The notes beneath the pieces are model-generated. The model saw only the letters and a program-made list of their open reading frames with translations, searched no databases and was not told the DNA's origin. Of a stretch of 64,000 nt of DNA, positions 39,668 through 49,885 are shown in pieces. Position numbers and translations under genes: made by a program. The stretch is taken from the NCBI GenBank assembly GCA_965140585.1, contig OZ223272.1:384001-448000 (forward strand). The letters are read 5' to 3'. The DNA comes from Spirochaetia bacterium (GTDB lineage Bacteria > Spirochaetota > Spirochaetia > UBA9216). The number at the start of each line of letters is the position of its first letter. Positions within the stretch are counted from its first letter, which is position 1.

Positions 39668-41719
39668 TTAAACCAGATTGATGTACATTGTTGAACTGGC
39701 AACTGCCATAAGTGTGAATACTATGGTATTCAGAAATGCACCGGTAAAAACATTGTTTGTCTTTTCCAGCATTTTCTTGGTTATGATAGTTGCAATAAAA
39801 AGCATTACTACGAAGCCGAGAAGTACAATACTGTTTAATGCAACGGTTGGCCAGGCGGCTTTTCCAAACAGAAAAATTCCGCCGTACTCGCCAATCAGAA
39901 ACAGTATAAGTCCGCCGATATTAATTGCATAAGATGTAAGGTAACCCTTTACTCCTTTAAGGTAACTGCTGTTTGTATTCACCTGCAGTGCTATACCGTT
40001 GAAGAAGTAATAGAGAAAGAAGAACGGCATATATCTTAATGCCGAGAAGAAATGATCGGAATTAAAAGCCCTTACAGCAACAAGCCACAGTCTGAAGTCT
40101 GTTTTTAATAACGCATCTATAATAAAAAGAATAATAAACCCGACAGCTGCTGATATTATTGCAACCAATAAGGCTTTCAGGATGTTCTTTAAATTAACCG
40201 CTATTCCATACTGTTTCAAATCCATTCCGGCCGGTTTATTGATTGTAAGATACACAATGGTCAGAATAAGAAAGGTTACAGCAGCAACAAATAAGGCCCA
40301 GAAAACAACTGCATTTGTCTGCGGTTCATTGAAATACGGACTCAGCTTGAAAAGGTTTCCTGCACCAATAGTTAAACCGAATACAATGAATGCAGCTGCA
40401 GCGGCAATAATCCATCCGAAAAATGATTTCTCATCCTTGCTTTTAGCTATTGTCACAATGGCTATAATAATTGCAGCAGCAAATATTACAAGTGCAGCTA
40501 CTCTTATCTGTGAAAGTCCAAGGGGCAGTTTCCCCATCAGGGTGGCATAATATACAGCGGGGAAAAGAGCACTAAATGCCGTTATCAGCCAGAAAACAAC
40601 TTTTCTTTTTTTAGTATCAGGTCCGGCAAACTCTTTGATAGATTCTGATTTTACTGAACTGAAAAACGGAATTTTAAGCAGAAGCTGTACAAGCGGAACG
40701 AAAAGCATGAAAAAACCTATTAACGCAATAAACTCTGCATACTCCTTCAAGCGCCATATTTGTCCGTCGCCTTTGACGGCCGATGCAGGAGCATAATCTT
40801 TAAATGCTTCTGTGTAAAACTGAATCTGATAACCGGTTGATTCTTTAGAGAAATGGTTCCAAGGATGTGTTTCATTTGGTTCATAGATAATCCGCTTTCC
40901 GCCCGCTGCTGTTGTAAAAAAGGTCCCTTTAGCAGGGTTTGCAGGATTTCCCAGAAACTGTTTACCGGTAGCGGTCTGTGAATAATTCTTTTTTACCATT
41001 GTTTCACCGGTTGCGTAGGCGTTTTCATCAAAGAAGAATTCATCATACTGCCCGGCAATGGCGCCCGCAACCCGGCTGGCTAAACTCATATCAATGGCTT
41101 CAGCGTTTACACCAAGATAAGAAGACCATCGGTAATCAGAACCTGCAGTCAGAACTGCATGTATCTTGCGTACTGCCGGCTTTCCTTCAGCAAGGTCTTT
41201 CTGATATGCCTGTTCGTCAGAGAAAGATGCCATAGTAGAGGAAAAGCCGCCCATGGAATGACCGCTTACACCTATTATTCCGTTACCGGATTTATCTTTT
41301 AAGACATAGGGCTGTTTATATATGTATTGAACGGCATCATAAATCGCAGTAGTCCAGAATGAGAAAAACGGATTTCCCAGCGGAACACTGTCAAGATATG
41401 AATCACCGTGAGCGTACATATCAAGTGCAAGGACAACATAGCCTCTTCTTGACATTTCAATAGCCGGAGCATCCTGCATTTCTTTTGCATTAAGGTAACC
41501 ATGTGTGGTTACGATTGCAGGGCGAGGATCGCCCGGACCGGCACCTTTCGGCATGTAAAGCAAGCCGTTCAGTAATCCTTTATCAGTTCTGAAAGAAATT
41601 TCCGTCACCTGCACTTTATATCCCGATGTGTTGAATAAGTGTGCAAAGAAACTTCCAACCAAGATCAACATGAGTGCAATAGCCAGCCATGTTTGCGGTT
41701 TTTTAACCGTACTCTTCAT
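39668..41719 (-). CDS. Alpha/beta hydrolase fused to a polytopic C-terminal membrane domain
   Basis: N-terminal TM/signal; HGY, GYVVLALD, nucleophile elbow GHSMGG, DEFF and HPWNH; about ten hydrophobic segments follow; start reassigned to MKSTVKKP (GGAGG). Confidence 0.85.
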   Translation of the reverse strand: MKSTVKKPQTWLAIALMLILVGSFFAHLFNTSGYKVQVTEISFRTDKGLLNGLLYMPKGAGPGDPRPAIVTTHGYLNAKEMQDAPAIEMSRRGYVVLALDMYAHGDSYLDSVPLGNPFFSFWTTAIYDAVQYIYKQPYVLKDKSGNGIIGVSGHSMGGFSSTMASFSDEQAYQKDLAEGKPAVRKIHAVLTAGSDYRWSSYLGVNAEAIDMSLASRVAGAIAGQYDEFFFDENAYATGETMVKKNYSQTATGKQFLGNPANPAKGTFFTTAAGGKRIIYEPNETHPWNHFSKESTGYQIQFYTEAFKDYAPASAVKGDGQIWRLKEYAEFIALIGFFMLFVPLVQLLLKIPFFSSVKSESIKEFAGPDTKKRKVVFWLITAFSALFPAVYYATLMGKLPLGLSQIRVAALVIFAAAIIIAIVTIAKSKDEKSFFGWIIAAAAAFIVFGLTIGAGNLFKLSPYFNEPQTNAVVFWALFVAAVTFLILTIVYLTINKPAGMDLKQYGIAVNLKNILKALLVAIISAAVGFIILFIIDALLKTDFRLWLVAVRAFNSDHFFSALRYMPFFFLYYFFNGIALQVNTNSSYLKGVKGYLTSYAINIGGLILFLIGEYGGIFLFGKAAWPTVALNSIVLLGFVVMLFIATIITKKMLEKTNNVFTGAFLNTIVFTLMAVASSTMYINLV

Positions 41720-41789
41720 AATCCCTCCATAATAAATCAATATTTGATCAACATCAGATTTCCTGATTAATAATCTGCCGGCAATCTTC

Positions 41790-43553
41790 CTAAACAAATT
41801 CCAAATGGTCATATACGTATGTGAAAATAACCCCCAGCGCATGCGCGCCGGCATCCGGAAACCCGAGACTTCGCTCACCTGCAGTTCCGGCCCTGCCCAT
41901 ACGGGCGGTAATATGCTCGGTCTTTCTTGCGCCCTCAACGGCCTGTCCGGCAAATTCTTTCAGTGCAGAATTCAGTTTCATTTTATTTTCAGCTGACACA
42001 GCCAGACTGTCCACAGCAGGGACCAATGCATCAATTAAAGTTTTGTCACCGACAACAGCCCCGCGGCCGAATGATCTTTCGCCCGTTTTCTGAATACCCG
42101 CTACAGCTGCAGCCATCATCTGCGAGAAGGTGCTGATATCCATTTCAGTTTTATCATCTGCAAATTTTCCTGCTGCTCTGAAGGCACTGCCCCATATCGG
42201 ACCTGAAGCACCCCCGCAGTATTCCATAATTATCAGCGCAGATGCATTTAAAAAGGATCCGATGCTGACTGCTTCTTCATCAAGTATTTCATGCCATTCA
42301 TTTTTTAACTGACGAAAGCCTTTTGAAACACTCATTCCGAAATCACCGTCACCGGCATGTGAATCCAGTTCACAAAAAGCAACCTCGTTTTTTATTATAC
42401 ACTCACTTATGCAATCGACCATATAAATAATATTATTCAGGCTGATCTTCCCTCCGTGAATAACCGCATAGTCAGAACTTGTCTCGATACAGTATTTTCC
42501 TTTCTTCCGGTTCTTAATCTCGTTCAACTCACCTGGTTCAGTATGACGGACTTCAGCAGCATCAACCATCTTGAATCCCGGAGCATTACAGGGACTGAGA
42601 AGATATTTCTTCATCACATCATCCAGTTTCAAAATGGAAACCGAAGCCCCCGCCATATCAATGCTGGTCATATAATTGCCGACAAAAATTTTCAATACTT
42701 TCAAATTCATTTCAGACAGCAGGCACTGAATTGAATAGTTCAATACATATAATTCCTGCAGCGGGGTGCTGCCGAATCCATTTATCAGAACAGCAACCTC
42801 GTCATTTTCAGAGAGTTTAAGTTCGCCGGCAAGCTGATCCACAATTCGTTTTGCCAGGATATCTGAAGTAGCTATTTTTTCCCTTTTTATTCCGGGTTCA
42901 CCGTGTATCCCGACTCCGAATTCTATTTCATCTTCCAGAAGACTGAATGTAGGGCTGCCTTTGGCTGGGACAGTACACGAACTTAGAGCAAACCCCAGAC
43001 TTTTTACATTGCTTATTACTTTTTCAGCAATATTCTTTACTTCTGAAAGGGTTTTACCATCTTCAGCAGCGGCACCTGATATTTTATGCACGAAAAAGGT
43101 TCCGGCAACGCCTCTGCGGCCGACCGTATATAAACTGTCATTCACGGCAACATCATCATCCACTACAACATAATCAACATTTATTCCGTCTTCCTGAGCC
43201 AGAAACGCGGCATTCTTGAAATTCATTATGTCGCCGCTGTAATTTTTTATAATAAGCAGCGTTCCTTTTCCTCCTGCCGATTCCCTGATAGCCTGATAAA
43301 CCTGTATTTGTGAAGGAGAGGCAAAAACATCTCCGCATACGGCAGCATCAAGCAGTCCTTCTCCTACGAAACCTGCATGCGCCGGCTCATGCCCGCTGCC
43401 GCCGCCGCTAATGAGACTGACCTTGTTTCTATCCTTACTTCTTCTCGATATAATTTTGTACTTTTGATTTAAGTCCAGTTCCGGATGCGCAAGGGCGATG
43501 CCTCTGCACATTTCCATCACAACATCTTCAGGATTATTAATGATTTTTTTCAC
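41790..43553 (-). CDS. dhaK: Dihydroxyacetone kinase, fused DhaK-DhaL
   Basis: SGGGSGHEP, VFASP, KNYSGD, RRGVAG and GIHGEPG; DhaL part LDSHAGDGDFG, GGASG, GDKTLIDAL, GRA and DAGA; GTG start. Confidence 0.93.
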   Translation of the reverse strand: MKKIINNPEDVVMEMCRGIALAHPELDLNQKYKIISRRSKDRNKVSLISGGGSGHEPAHAGFVGEGLLDAAVCGDVFASPSQIQVYQAIRESAGGKGTLLIIKNYSGDIMNFKNAAFLAQEDGINVDYVVVDDDVAVNDSLYTVGRRGVAGTFFVHKISGAAAEDGKTLSEVKNIAEKVISNVKSLGFALSSCTVPAKGSPTFSLLEDEIEFGVGIHGEPGIKREKIATSDILAKRIVDQLAGELKLSENDEVAVLINGFGSTPLQELYVLNYSIQCLLSEMNLKVLKIFVGNYMTSIDMAGASVSILKLDDVMKKYLLSPCNAPGFKMVDAAEVRHTEPGELNEIKNRKKGKYCIETSSDYAVIHGGKISLNNIIYMVDCISECIIKNEVAFCELDSHAGDGDFGMSVSKGFRQLKNEWHEILDEEAVSIGSFLNASALIIMEYCGGASGPIWGSAFRAAGKFADDKTEMDISTFSQMMAAAVAGIQKTGERSFGRGAVVGDKTLIDALVPAVDSLAVSAENKMKLNSALKEFAGQAVEGARKTEHITARMGRAGTAGERSLGFPDAGAHALGVIFTYVYDHLEFV

Positions 43554-43556
43554 AAT

Positions 43557-44699
43557 CTACTCCTGAAAGCTGTTTTTTCTTTTAAAGTCGGAGCCGATGC
43601 TGTCAGCTGTGATAATTGCTCCTGCAACCATTTCAGCAGTAACAGAAAAAGGCATTGAATGCACAGATTCCTCAGGAATACATGCTTTTTCCGAAACCGC
43701 GGCAAGAGTTTCCCCGGAAATCTTATTTACACCCAGATCAGCCAGACATACCGGCAGACCAACGGAAAGACAGAATTCAAGAACATCTTCAATTTCTTTA
43801 GTCGGAGCATTTTCAAGAATTAATTGTGCGATAGTCCCGAAGGCTACTTTTTCACCATGGTAATACTTATGTGTTTCTTCAATTATTGTAAGACCATCAT
43901 GTATGGCATGAGCTCCAGCCAGACCTCCGCTCTCAAAACCAAGACCTGAAAGAAGAATGTTTGCCTCAACCACATTTTCCAGAGCCGCTGTAACAACATT
44001 ACTATCACATGCCTTTTTTGCTTTCAGACCGTCTTCAAGCAGGGTCTGATAGCACAGTGAGGCAAGGGCAAATGCCGCTTTTGTACCCTTGGCTTCCAGG
44101 CGGCTGTCCTGACGGGCTCCGCATGGCAATCCTGCATTTACATTAGAATTTGAACGCAGTGTAGCTCTTGCTTCAAAATAGGTTGAGAGTGCATCTCCCA
44201 TTCCTGAGACAAGAAATCTTGCCGGAGCATTCGCGATAATTGTTGTATCAATTAATACAACTCCGGGATTCTGTTTGAAGTATGCATAATCTTCAAAAGC
44301 ACCGTCTTCTGTATAAATTACTGCAGAATGGCTGGTGGGAGCATCTGTTGCTGCAATTGTGGGAACGATGATCAAGGCATCACCTTTAGCCACGCATTTG
44401 GCCGTATCAATTGCCTTGCCGCCTCCCAGACCTATAGTACAGCTGCAGTTTTTTTCTTTCGCCAGTGTTTCAAGTCTTTTTATTTCATTCCTGGAACACT
44501 CTCCCTTAAAATTACTTTGTACAAGCTCGATATCATATTTCTCAGCTGTTGCATCAAGTTTATCTTTTACTCTTTCCACATCTTCCCTGTGTGCGATAAG
44601 CAGGGCGGATTTTCCATGTTCCTTGATGAAGAAGCCAAGATTCAACAGCTCGTCTTCACCCTGAATATATTTAGATGGGCATATAAATGCTTTTCTCAT
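43557..44699 (-). CDS. gldA: Glycerol dehydrogenase
   Basis: PSKYIQG, GECS, GGGKAIDTAK, PTIAATDAPTS, GMGDALST, ESGGLAGAHAIHDG and HGEKVAFG. Confidence 0.95.
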   Translation of the reverse strand: MRKAFICPSKYIQGEDELLNLGFFIKEHGKSALLIAHREDVERVKDKLDATAEKYDIELVQSNFKGECSRNEIKRLETLAKEKNCSCTIGLGGGKAIDTAKCVAKGDALIIVPTIAATDAPTSHSAVIYTEDGAFEDYAYFKQNPGVVLIDTTIIANAPARFLVSGMGDALSTYFEARATLRSNSNVNAGLPCGARQDSRLEAKGTKAAFALASLCYQTLLEDGLKAKKACDSNVVTAALENVVEANILLSGLGFESGGLAGAHAIHDGLTIIEETHKYYHGEKVAFGTIAQLILENAPTKEIEDVLEFCLSVGLPVCLADLGVNKISGETLAAVSEKACIPEESVHSMPFSVTAEMVAGAIITADSIGSDFKRKNSFQE

Positions 44700-44732
44700 T
44701 ATTTTCCTCCAGATAAAACCCTTTGTGTAAAT

Positions 44733-44750
44733 TTATTAAGCGCTTAATAA
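44733..44750. promoter_or_regulatory. Perfect 18-bp palindrome upstream of gldA (putative operator)
   Basis: TTATTAAGCGCTTAATAA, 33 bp upstream of the gldA start. Confidence 0.6.
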
Positions 44751-44869
44751 TTCAGGAATATTATATGGCTGGAAATTTACAATTGTCATTATTGGAAAAA
44801 ACTGTTTAATGTAAATTATTAATAGTAATTTTATGACATTAATTCAGGATATGAAATTATTATGCTGGT

Positions 44870-45850
44870 TTAAATATCCATAATCGTAGCACGAAAGTTC
44901 TCGCGGTATTTTTTAGGAGTAATCCCTTTTAAATTCTTAAAGATTTTATTGAAGTATCCGCATTCTTCATAACCCAGGTGATATGCTATTTCATTTATCT
45001 GCATATCAGTAATCTCCAGCAGACTGCAGGCCTCTTCAACCTTAACAAGGTTTACATATTGAGGAACTGTACAGTTCAGTTTTTTTCGAAACTGTCTGCT
45101 GAAATAACCTGTACTGTAGTTGCATAATTCTGCAAGCTTATCGAGCTCAATTTTTCCTCTGATATTTTCTTTTATGTATTTAACAGCAGGGGATAAACTT
45201 TCATCGACATCACCGGGGAGCTTATGTATTCTCCTTGAATCAATTTTCTTATCTTCAGCCTGCTGATTCATTTTATTATCAATCATCCGGGAATTAAAAT
45301 ATTCAGAGATCTTCTGAAATGTTTTAATTTTATATTCAATAAATCCCAGAATTGTATATGAAAGGTCAACAATAAACTCGAGGGAATACCTGGGAAGCTT
45401 ATAGTAAGCATTTCTAAGTTCATCATTATATTCAAGAATTTTCAGTCTGCTCTCTTCAAAAAGCATTTTTTCCAGGTCTTTGGAGCTTTGTATATCATCA
45501 AGAAAAACCTGTCCTGCCATTATTGCTCCCAGATAATGATTATTGACCACTATGGGAACGGCAAGATCAATAATGCCCATATGGCATAAATAGATATAAG
45601 GTTTTTTTAATCTGGCGGCTTCCAATCCACCCCGGGCATCACATTTTTCACAGAGTTTACTGAAGGAGGCGTTTCTTCTAATCATGGTACAGAACTCGGT
45701 ACAGTTGCTATGCCTTGTAACAGGTTTACCTGTATAATCCGAGGTTATAATCGCGAATCCTGTTAATTTTGAAATGTCATCCTGAAATTGCTGAAAATCT
45801 TCCAAATTTAAAAAGCGATCCAGATCATCCAGATAGTTAGATACATTCAT
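44870..45850 (-). CDS. PocR-sensor/AraC transcriptional regulator
   Basis: PocR domain (DYTGKP, CTEFC, CEKCD, YLCHMGIIDLAVPI); AraC HTH (YFSRQF, IAYHLGY, YFNKIFK, GITPKKYR). Confidence 0.92.
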   Translation of the reverse strand: MNVSNYLDDLDRFLNLEDFQQFQDDISKLTGFAIITSDYTGKPVTRHSNCTEFCTMIRRNASFSKLCEKCDARGGLEAARLKKPYIYLCHMGIIDLAVPIVVNNHYLGAIMAGQVFLDDIQSSKDLEKMLFEESRLKILEYNDELRNAYYKLPRYSLEFIVDLSYTILGFIEYKIKTFQKISEYFNSRMIDNKMNQQAEDKKIDSRRIHKLPGDVDESLSPAVKYIKENIRGKIELDKLAELCNYSTGYFSRQFRKKLNCTVPQYVNLVKVEEACSLLEITDMQINEIAYHLGYEECGYFNKIFKNLKGITPKKYRENFRATIMDI

Positions 45851-45940
45851 TCCAACCCCTCACAATCTAATAGTTATACTAAACTTTTTTATTCCGGGAG
45901 TATAGCATGATATAATTACATAAAAGCATGGAGCTTAAAA

Positions 45941-46990
45941 ATGAAACGTTTCTTTATTTTCATCACTGCATTGTGGATACTAATCACACTGGCCTGCGAT
46001 CCGAACCCCTCCCCGGAACTTTCAACTGAGTATCCAAAGATTACCAAGCTTTTTACTCCTGCAGCATACAGCGGACCGGGCAGGAATATTTCATCAATTC
46101 CGGTAGTTTCAAGTGATTCAAGACTTATTCTTGACTGCAGCTTTACAGATAATTTTGAAGCTGATGCGTACTTCGATCTCCCCTATGTGTTTACCGACGA
46201 CGGGATGCTTCCCCCATACCTTTTACTCAGCATAACCAAGGGCTCCGACACTATCAAATATTATCTTCCGGTCGGCAGCGATACATTAAGAATATGGCTA
46301 AGGCAGGGTGAAGGTTTCTACAATGTATCAATCTATAAAATAGTGGAAATCCATTCCATGAGCGCCTTCGGAGTAATCTACAGTTTTACATATTCGGGAA
46401 CAGCTGTAACATCCTTCACTGTAACAAATACAAACAGCGAGGACGGTACTTTCATTTACCCATCCCCGGAGGTTCAGTCTGATGAATCCGAAATACTTTC
46501 CGCAGCCGAAAACTTCAGCGGAGAAACAGCTGATGAACTGATAAAAGAGATACATGATTATATAGTTCTTTCACTTAAATACGACTCTGATTCCGTAGAT
46601 AATTCAATACGCCGAAAACAGGACGCCCTTACTGTTCTTGACTATCAGGCAGCAGTTTGTGACGGCTATTCAAACCTGTTCATGGCACTGCTTCGGGCCA
46701 GAGGGATTCCGGCCCAATACATAAGCGGCGGAAATCATGCATGGACAAGAGTCTGTAACGGAACCGTATGGAAGGAAATCGACACTACATGGGATGATCC
46801 TATCACATATATCTCTGGACACCCGAACAGCGGGACAAGCGATTTTCCGGACGGGGAAAACCTTAAGTATACTTATTTCTGGAAGGAAAGTTTCTCCGAC
46901 CATACATACGAGGACTATTCAACTACAAGAGCAATACTCCCGCAGCAGGACGGAGATTTTATTACTGAGGTTTACTCAGCAGTTTATTGA
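45941..46990 (+). CDS. Transglutaminase-like lipoprotein
   Basis: Lipobox ITLAC; catalytic triad VCDGY (Cys), NHAW (His) and IDTTWDD (Asp). Confidence 0.85.
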   Translation: MKRFFIFITALWILITLACDPNPSPELSTEYPKITKLFTPAAYSGPGRNISSIPVVSSDSRLILDCSFTDNFEADAYFDLPYVFTDDGMLPPYLLLSITKGSDTIKYYLPVGSDTLRIWLRQGEGFYNVSIYKIVEIHSMSAFGVIYSFTYSGTAVTSFTVTNTNSEDGTFIYPSPEVQSDESEILSAAENFSGETADELIKEIHDYIVLSLKYDSDSVDNSIRRKQDALTVLDYQAAVCDGYSNLFMALLRARGIPAQYISGGNHAWTRVCNGTVWKEIDTTWDDPITYISGHPNSGTSDFPDGENLKYTYFWKESFSDHTYEDYSTTRAILPQQDGDFITEVYSAVY

Positions 46991-46991
46991 G

Positions 46992-47702
46992 TTAATAGCT
47001 GCTGTAAAGCGCGTTGACTTCAGCGGCTGTCAGTGTCCGGTCATAAAGGATTACATCATCAATACAACCGTTGAGAAAGTAATCATCATCTCCCGAACCG
47101 ATCAGGATAGGACCTGAAAGATCACGTATATCGGCGCTGCATCCTGAAATGAGTTCCCGATCATTGTTGATGTAGAGCATCAGATGATATCCGTCATATG
47201 TCAAAACAAAATGGTACCATGTATCGGCCGTGAATCCAGCATTAATATAATCAACTTCTTCTACTCTTCCGTTATTTACTCCGAACCATATATGACCTGA
47301 GCTAAGGACGGGATATATAAAGAAGCCCGAGTTTGCCCAGTTAACCAGCTCTGGAGAATCTGCATCCGATTCTGAACTGACATATGCCCATAATGCCACA
47401 GAGAATGAGTTGTCACCGAATGCAACCTCCGGAGTTGAAAGAGTTGTAAGTTCGTCAAACAATCCGCTTGCAGTCCCTTCTTTATAATTTACAGTATCAT
47501 ATGCCTCTGTACCGGAATCCGATTCAGTGACAGTAAGATCATAGTTTCCGGTTTCATCATCAATATTACTGTCAAAATTCCATCTTGCAATGTACCCGCT
47601 AAAAACAGTGTCGCCGTTGTCGTCGGTACTGCAGGATACAGCCGTAAAAATCAATGCAAGGCCCGCAAGCAGACAGAGCAGTTTTATTTTAGTAAGTCTC
47701 AA
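46992..47702 (-). CDS. LamG/concanavalin-like lipoprotein
   Basis: Lipobox AVSC; WNFD, FSVALW, WYHFVLTYDG and GCIDDVILYDRTLTAAEV; TTG start with GGAGG. Confidence 0.85.
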   Translation of the reverse strand: MRLTKIKLLCLLAGLALIFTAVSCSTDDNGDTVFSGYIARWNFDSNIDDETGNYDLTVTESDSGTEAYDTVNYKEGTASGLFDELTTLSTPEVAFGDNSFSVALWAYVSSESDADSPELVNWANSGFFIYPVLSSGHIWFGVNNGRVEEVDYINAGFTADTWYHFVLTYDGYHLMLYINNDRELISGCSADIRDLSGPILIGSGDDDYFLNGCIDDVILYDRTLTAAEVNALYSSY

Positions 47703-47761
47703 ATTTCTTCCTCCTGTTGGATATGAGCTATAATATACATCATCCGGTTTATTTGTTCACG

Positions 47762-49876
47762 TTAAAAATTAAGCAGATTCCCGACACCCTGTTTGACAGC
47801 ATCCTTTGCAGCATCCAGCTGCTTCTGAGCCTCGGCCTTTGCCTTTTCCTCGGCAATCTTTTTTATCTGAGCCTCGGTTTCCTTAATCTTTGTATCTGCA
47901 AGCTGCCGATAGGAACCGATATCCTTTTTAATATCTTCAAGCTGAGAAACATAGCTCTCAATCTCCGTCCGATACCTGTCAACCTCGGCAAGAGGTTCCT
48001 TCAGCCGTTTATCCAGCTCCTCACGCAAAAGTGACACGGCTTCGTCGGCGCCCTCATCAAGCAGCTCCTTTACAGTATCTCCCAGAACATCATCCATGCT
48101 TGTCTTAAGACTCAAATCCAGACCGCCGGCCCCGGAATATGAAAAACCGCCCTGTACTGCAAAAGGACGTACCTTATCAAGACTGCTCAGAAGGAGTCTG
48201 TATCCGATATTGTTTTCATCTACAGGCTTAAAAGCAAGATCTTCTGAGTTGATGCTTATATTACCAGAGTAGCTTCCGCCGGAGTAGACGGCTGAAGAGG
48301 CAACCGCAGCATTTCCCGAAACCGAGCTTATTCCGATATCCGTAAGATCAATTGGTGATGAGATTGAAAGGCCGTCCGTGCTGAAGGCCATGTCTTCTGT
48401 CGAAAGCCGTATTAAGGTTTCAGCTCCGTTCTGCATTTCCCAGCCCAGCTCAAGCGTCGGAACTTCCTGAGTTTGACCATCACCGCTGCTTATATTGCTT
48501 AGCACGGCATTATAATTAAAATCATCCTCGATACCAGCGGCATATGCGCTTACCAGCCTGAAGAAAGGCTGATCAGCATCAGGATCTGCAAGTCTTCGCG
48601 GATTACGTCTCTGCGGCCTTTCTTCCCTTTCCCTGTCGGTTATGGCCTTAAAGCGCCTGTAATATTCAAGGCCGGTATTTATCTTCTCGAGATATGAACG
48701 TATCGGTAGTCCCAGGCTGTCTTCAACAAGTGATGATATCCAGTCCAGCCCCTGGTCTTTCGGAAGCTGTATCAGGGATTCTACATAGCTGTAATCATCC
48801 TGAACACTGGCAATTAGACTGTCCGACATTTCTTTCAGCTCGGAAATCTGCCTCCCGGCCTCAGCAGTCAGAGTTTCAATTTCCTTATAATCGGATACAC
48901 TCTTATTGTAGATTGTATTGAGTTCTTTAAGGCTTTCTGTAGCCTTTGCCACTGTACTGAAGCTGTTTTTATTAATTGATGTAAGATATTTAACCTTCGG
49001 AGACCATTCTTCAAGCTTAGAACCCCACTCATCAGCCGAATCCTTCCATTTTTCAATATCGCCTTTTATCTCATCGGCTGCGGTTCCGGCCGCCTGTATT
49101 GAAGCAAGCCTATCCAGCTGTTCATCAAGGATAGCTTCAGCATCAATTTCGCCGCTGACAGCCTGAAAGCCTGCAGACATTTTGCTGATAATGTCAGAAC
49201 CGGCGTCTTTTATTGAACCCGCTATGCCTTCACCGCCTTCTCCGGAGGAGCTTTCAGCATCAGCGGAATCAGCAGGTGCAGAGTCAGTCTGCGGAATAAC
49301 TGCAGCGCTATCTCTCGGGGTGTTACGCAGAAGCTCACTGAAGCCCATTTCAGTAATAAGAACCCGACCCTTAAGCAGACCGGCAATATCAGCAGAGGCG
49401 CTGATCCCGCGAATCTCCGCCAGATTCATCATTGCATTATCAGGATTCGCAATAACCAGACTGTCTGCGCTGAGCTCTCCGTTAAGAATATTCAAATTCA
49501 CACCGCTTATATCCGTTTCGGTTTCAAACACAGAGCTCAGGCTGTTTTCAACAAAACGTTCAATGAGCGGATTTTTGAAAAACAGGGTAAATACTACTGC
49601 AGCTGCCGCTATCAGAACAATTATTATCAGCAGAATAAAGCTGACAGCCTTCCGGTTTGCCTTGATTACCTTTCCAAGATCCTTGAGCCTTGCAATATCT
49701 TTTTTCTCTACCAGCTCAGGATTTACCCTGACTGTCTCGCCCTCGGTAACCGCAATCCGTTTTAAAAACTCCAGATCATCTTTAAGATATATCTTGCCAA
49801 GATACTTTTTTTCCCATGCTTTTGATGGAACCGGCTTTCTGAAAATTGAAGGAAGTTTCACAGGTTTTTTGTTCAT
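47762..49876 (-). CDS. TIGR03545-like protein (membrane anchor, AsmA-like N-region, coiled coils)
   Basis: TM anchor, IANPDN.M.NL motif and long helical C-terminus; paired with a TIGR03546 gene. Confidence 0.72.
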   Translation of the reverse strand: MNKKPVKLPSIFRKPVPSKAWEKKYLGKIYLKDDLEFLKRIAVTEGETVRVNPELVEKKDIARLKDLGKVIKANRKAVSFILLIIIVLIAAAAVVFTLFFKNPLIERFVENSLSSVFETETDISGVNLNILNGELSADSLVIANPDNAMMNLAEIRGISASADIAGLLKGRVLITEMGFSELLRNTPRDSAAVIPQTDSAPADSADAESSSGEGGEGIAGSIKDAGSDIISKMSAGFQAVSGEIDAEAILDEQLDRLASIQAAGTAADEIKGDIEKWKDSADEWGSKLEEWSPKVKYLTSINKNSFSTVAKATESLKELNTIYNKSVSDYKEIETLTAEAGRQISELKEMSDSLIASVQDDYSYVESLIQLPKDQGLDWISSLVEDSLGLPIRSYLEKINTGLEYYRRFKAITDREREERPQRRNPRRLADPDADQPFFRLVSAYAAGIEDDFNYNAVLSNISSGDGQTQEVPTLELGWEMQNGAETLIRLSTEDMAFSTDGLSISSPIDLTDIGISSVSGNAAVASSAVYSGGSYSGNISINSEDLAFKPVDENNIGYRLLLSSLDKVRPFAVQGGFSYSGAGGLDLSLKTSMDDVLGDTVKELLDEGADEAVSLLREELDKRLKEPLAEVDRYRTEIESYVSQLEDIKKDIGSYRQLADTKIKETEAQIKKIAEEKAKAEAQKQLDAAKDAVKQGVGNLLNF

Positions 49877-49885
49877 ACCGGCCTC

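Noticed and set aside
41720-41953. N-terminal extensions in the ORF track (also 3182-3412, 9542-9583, 17452-17481 and 38043-38108)
   Set aside because: They overlap neighbouring genes or precede the RBS-supported or domain-start ATG.
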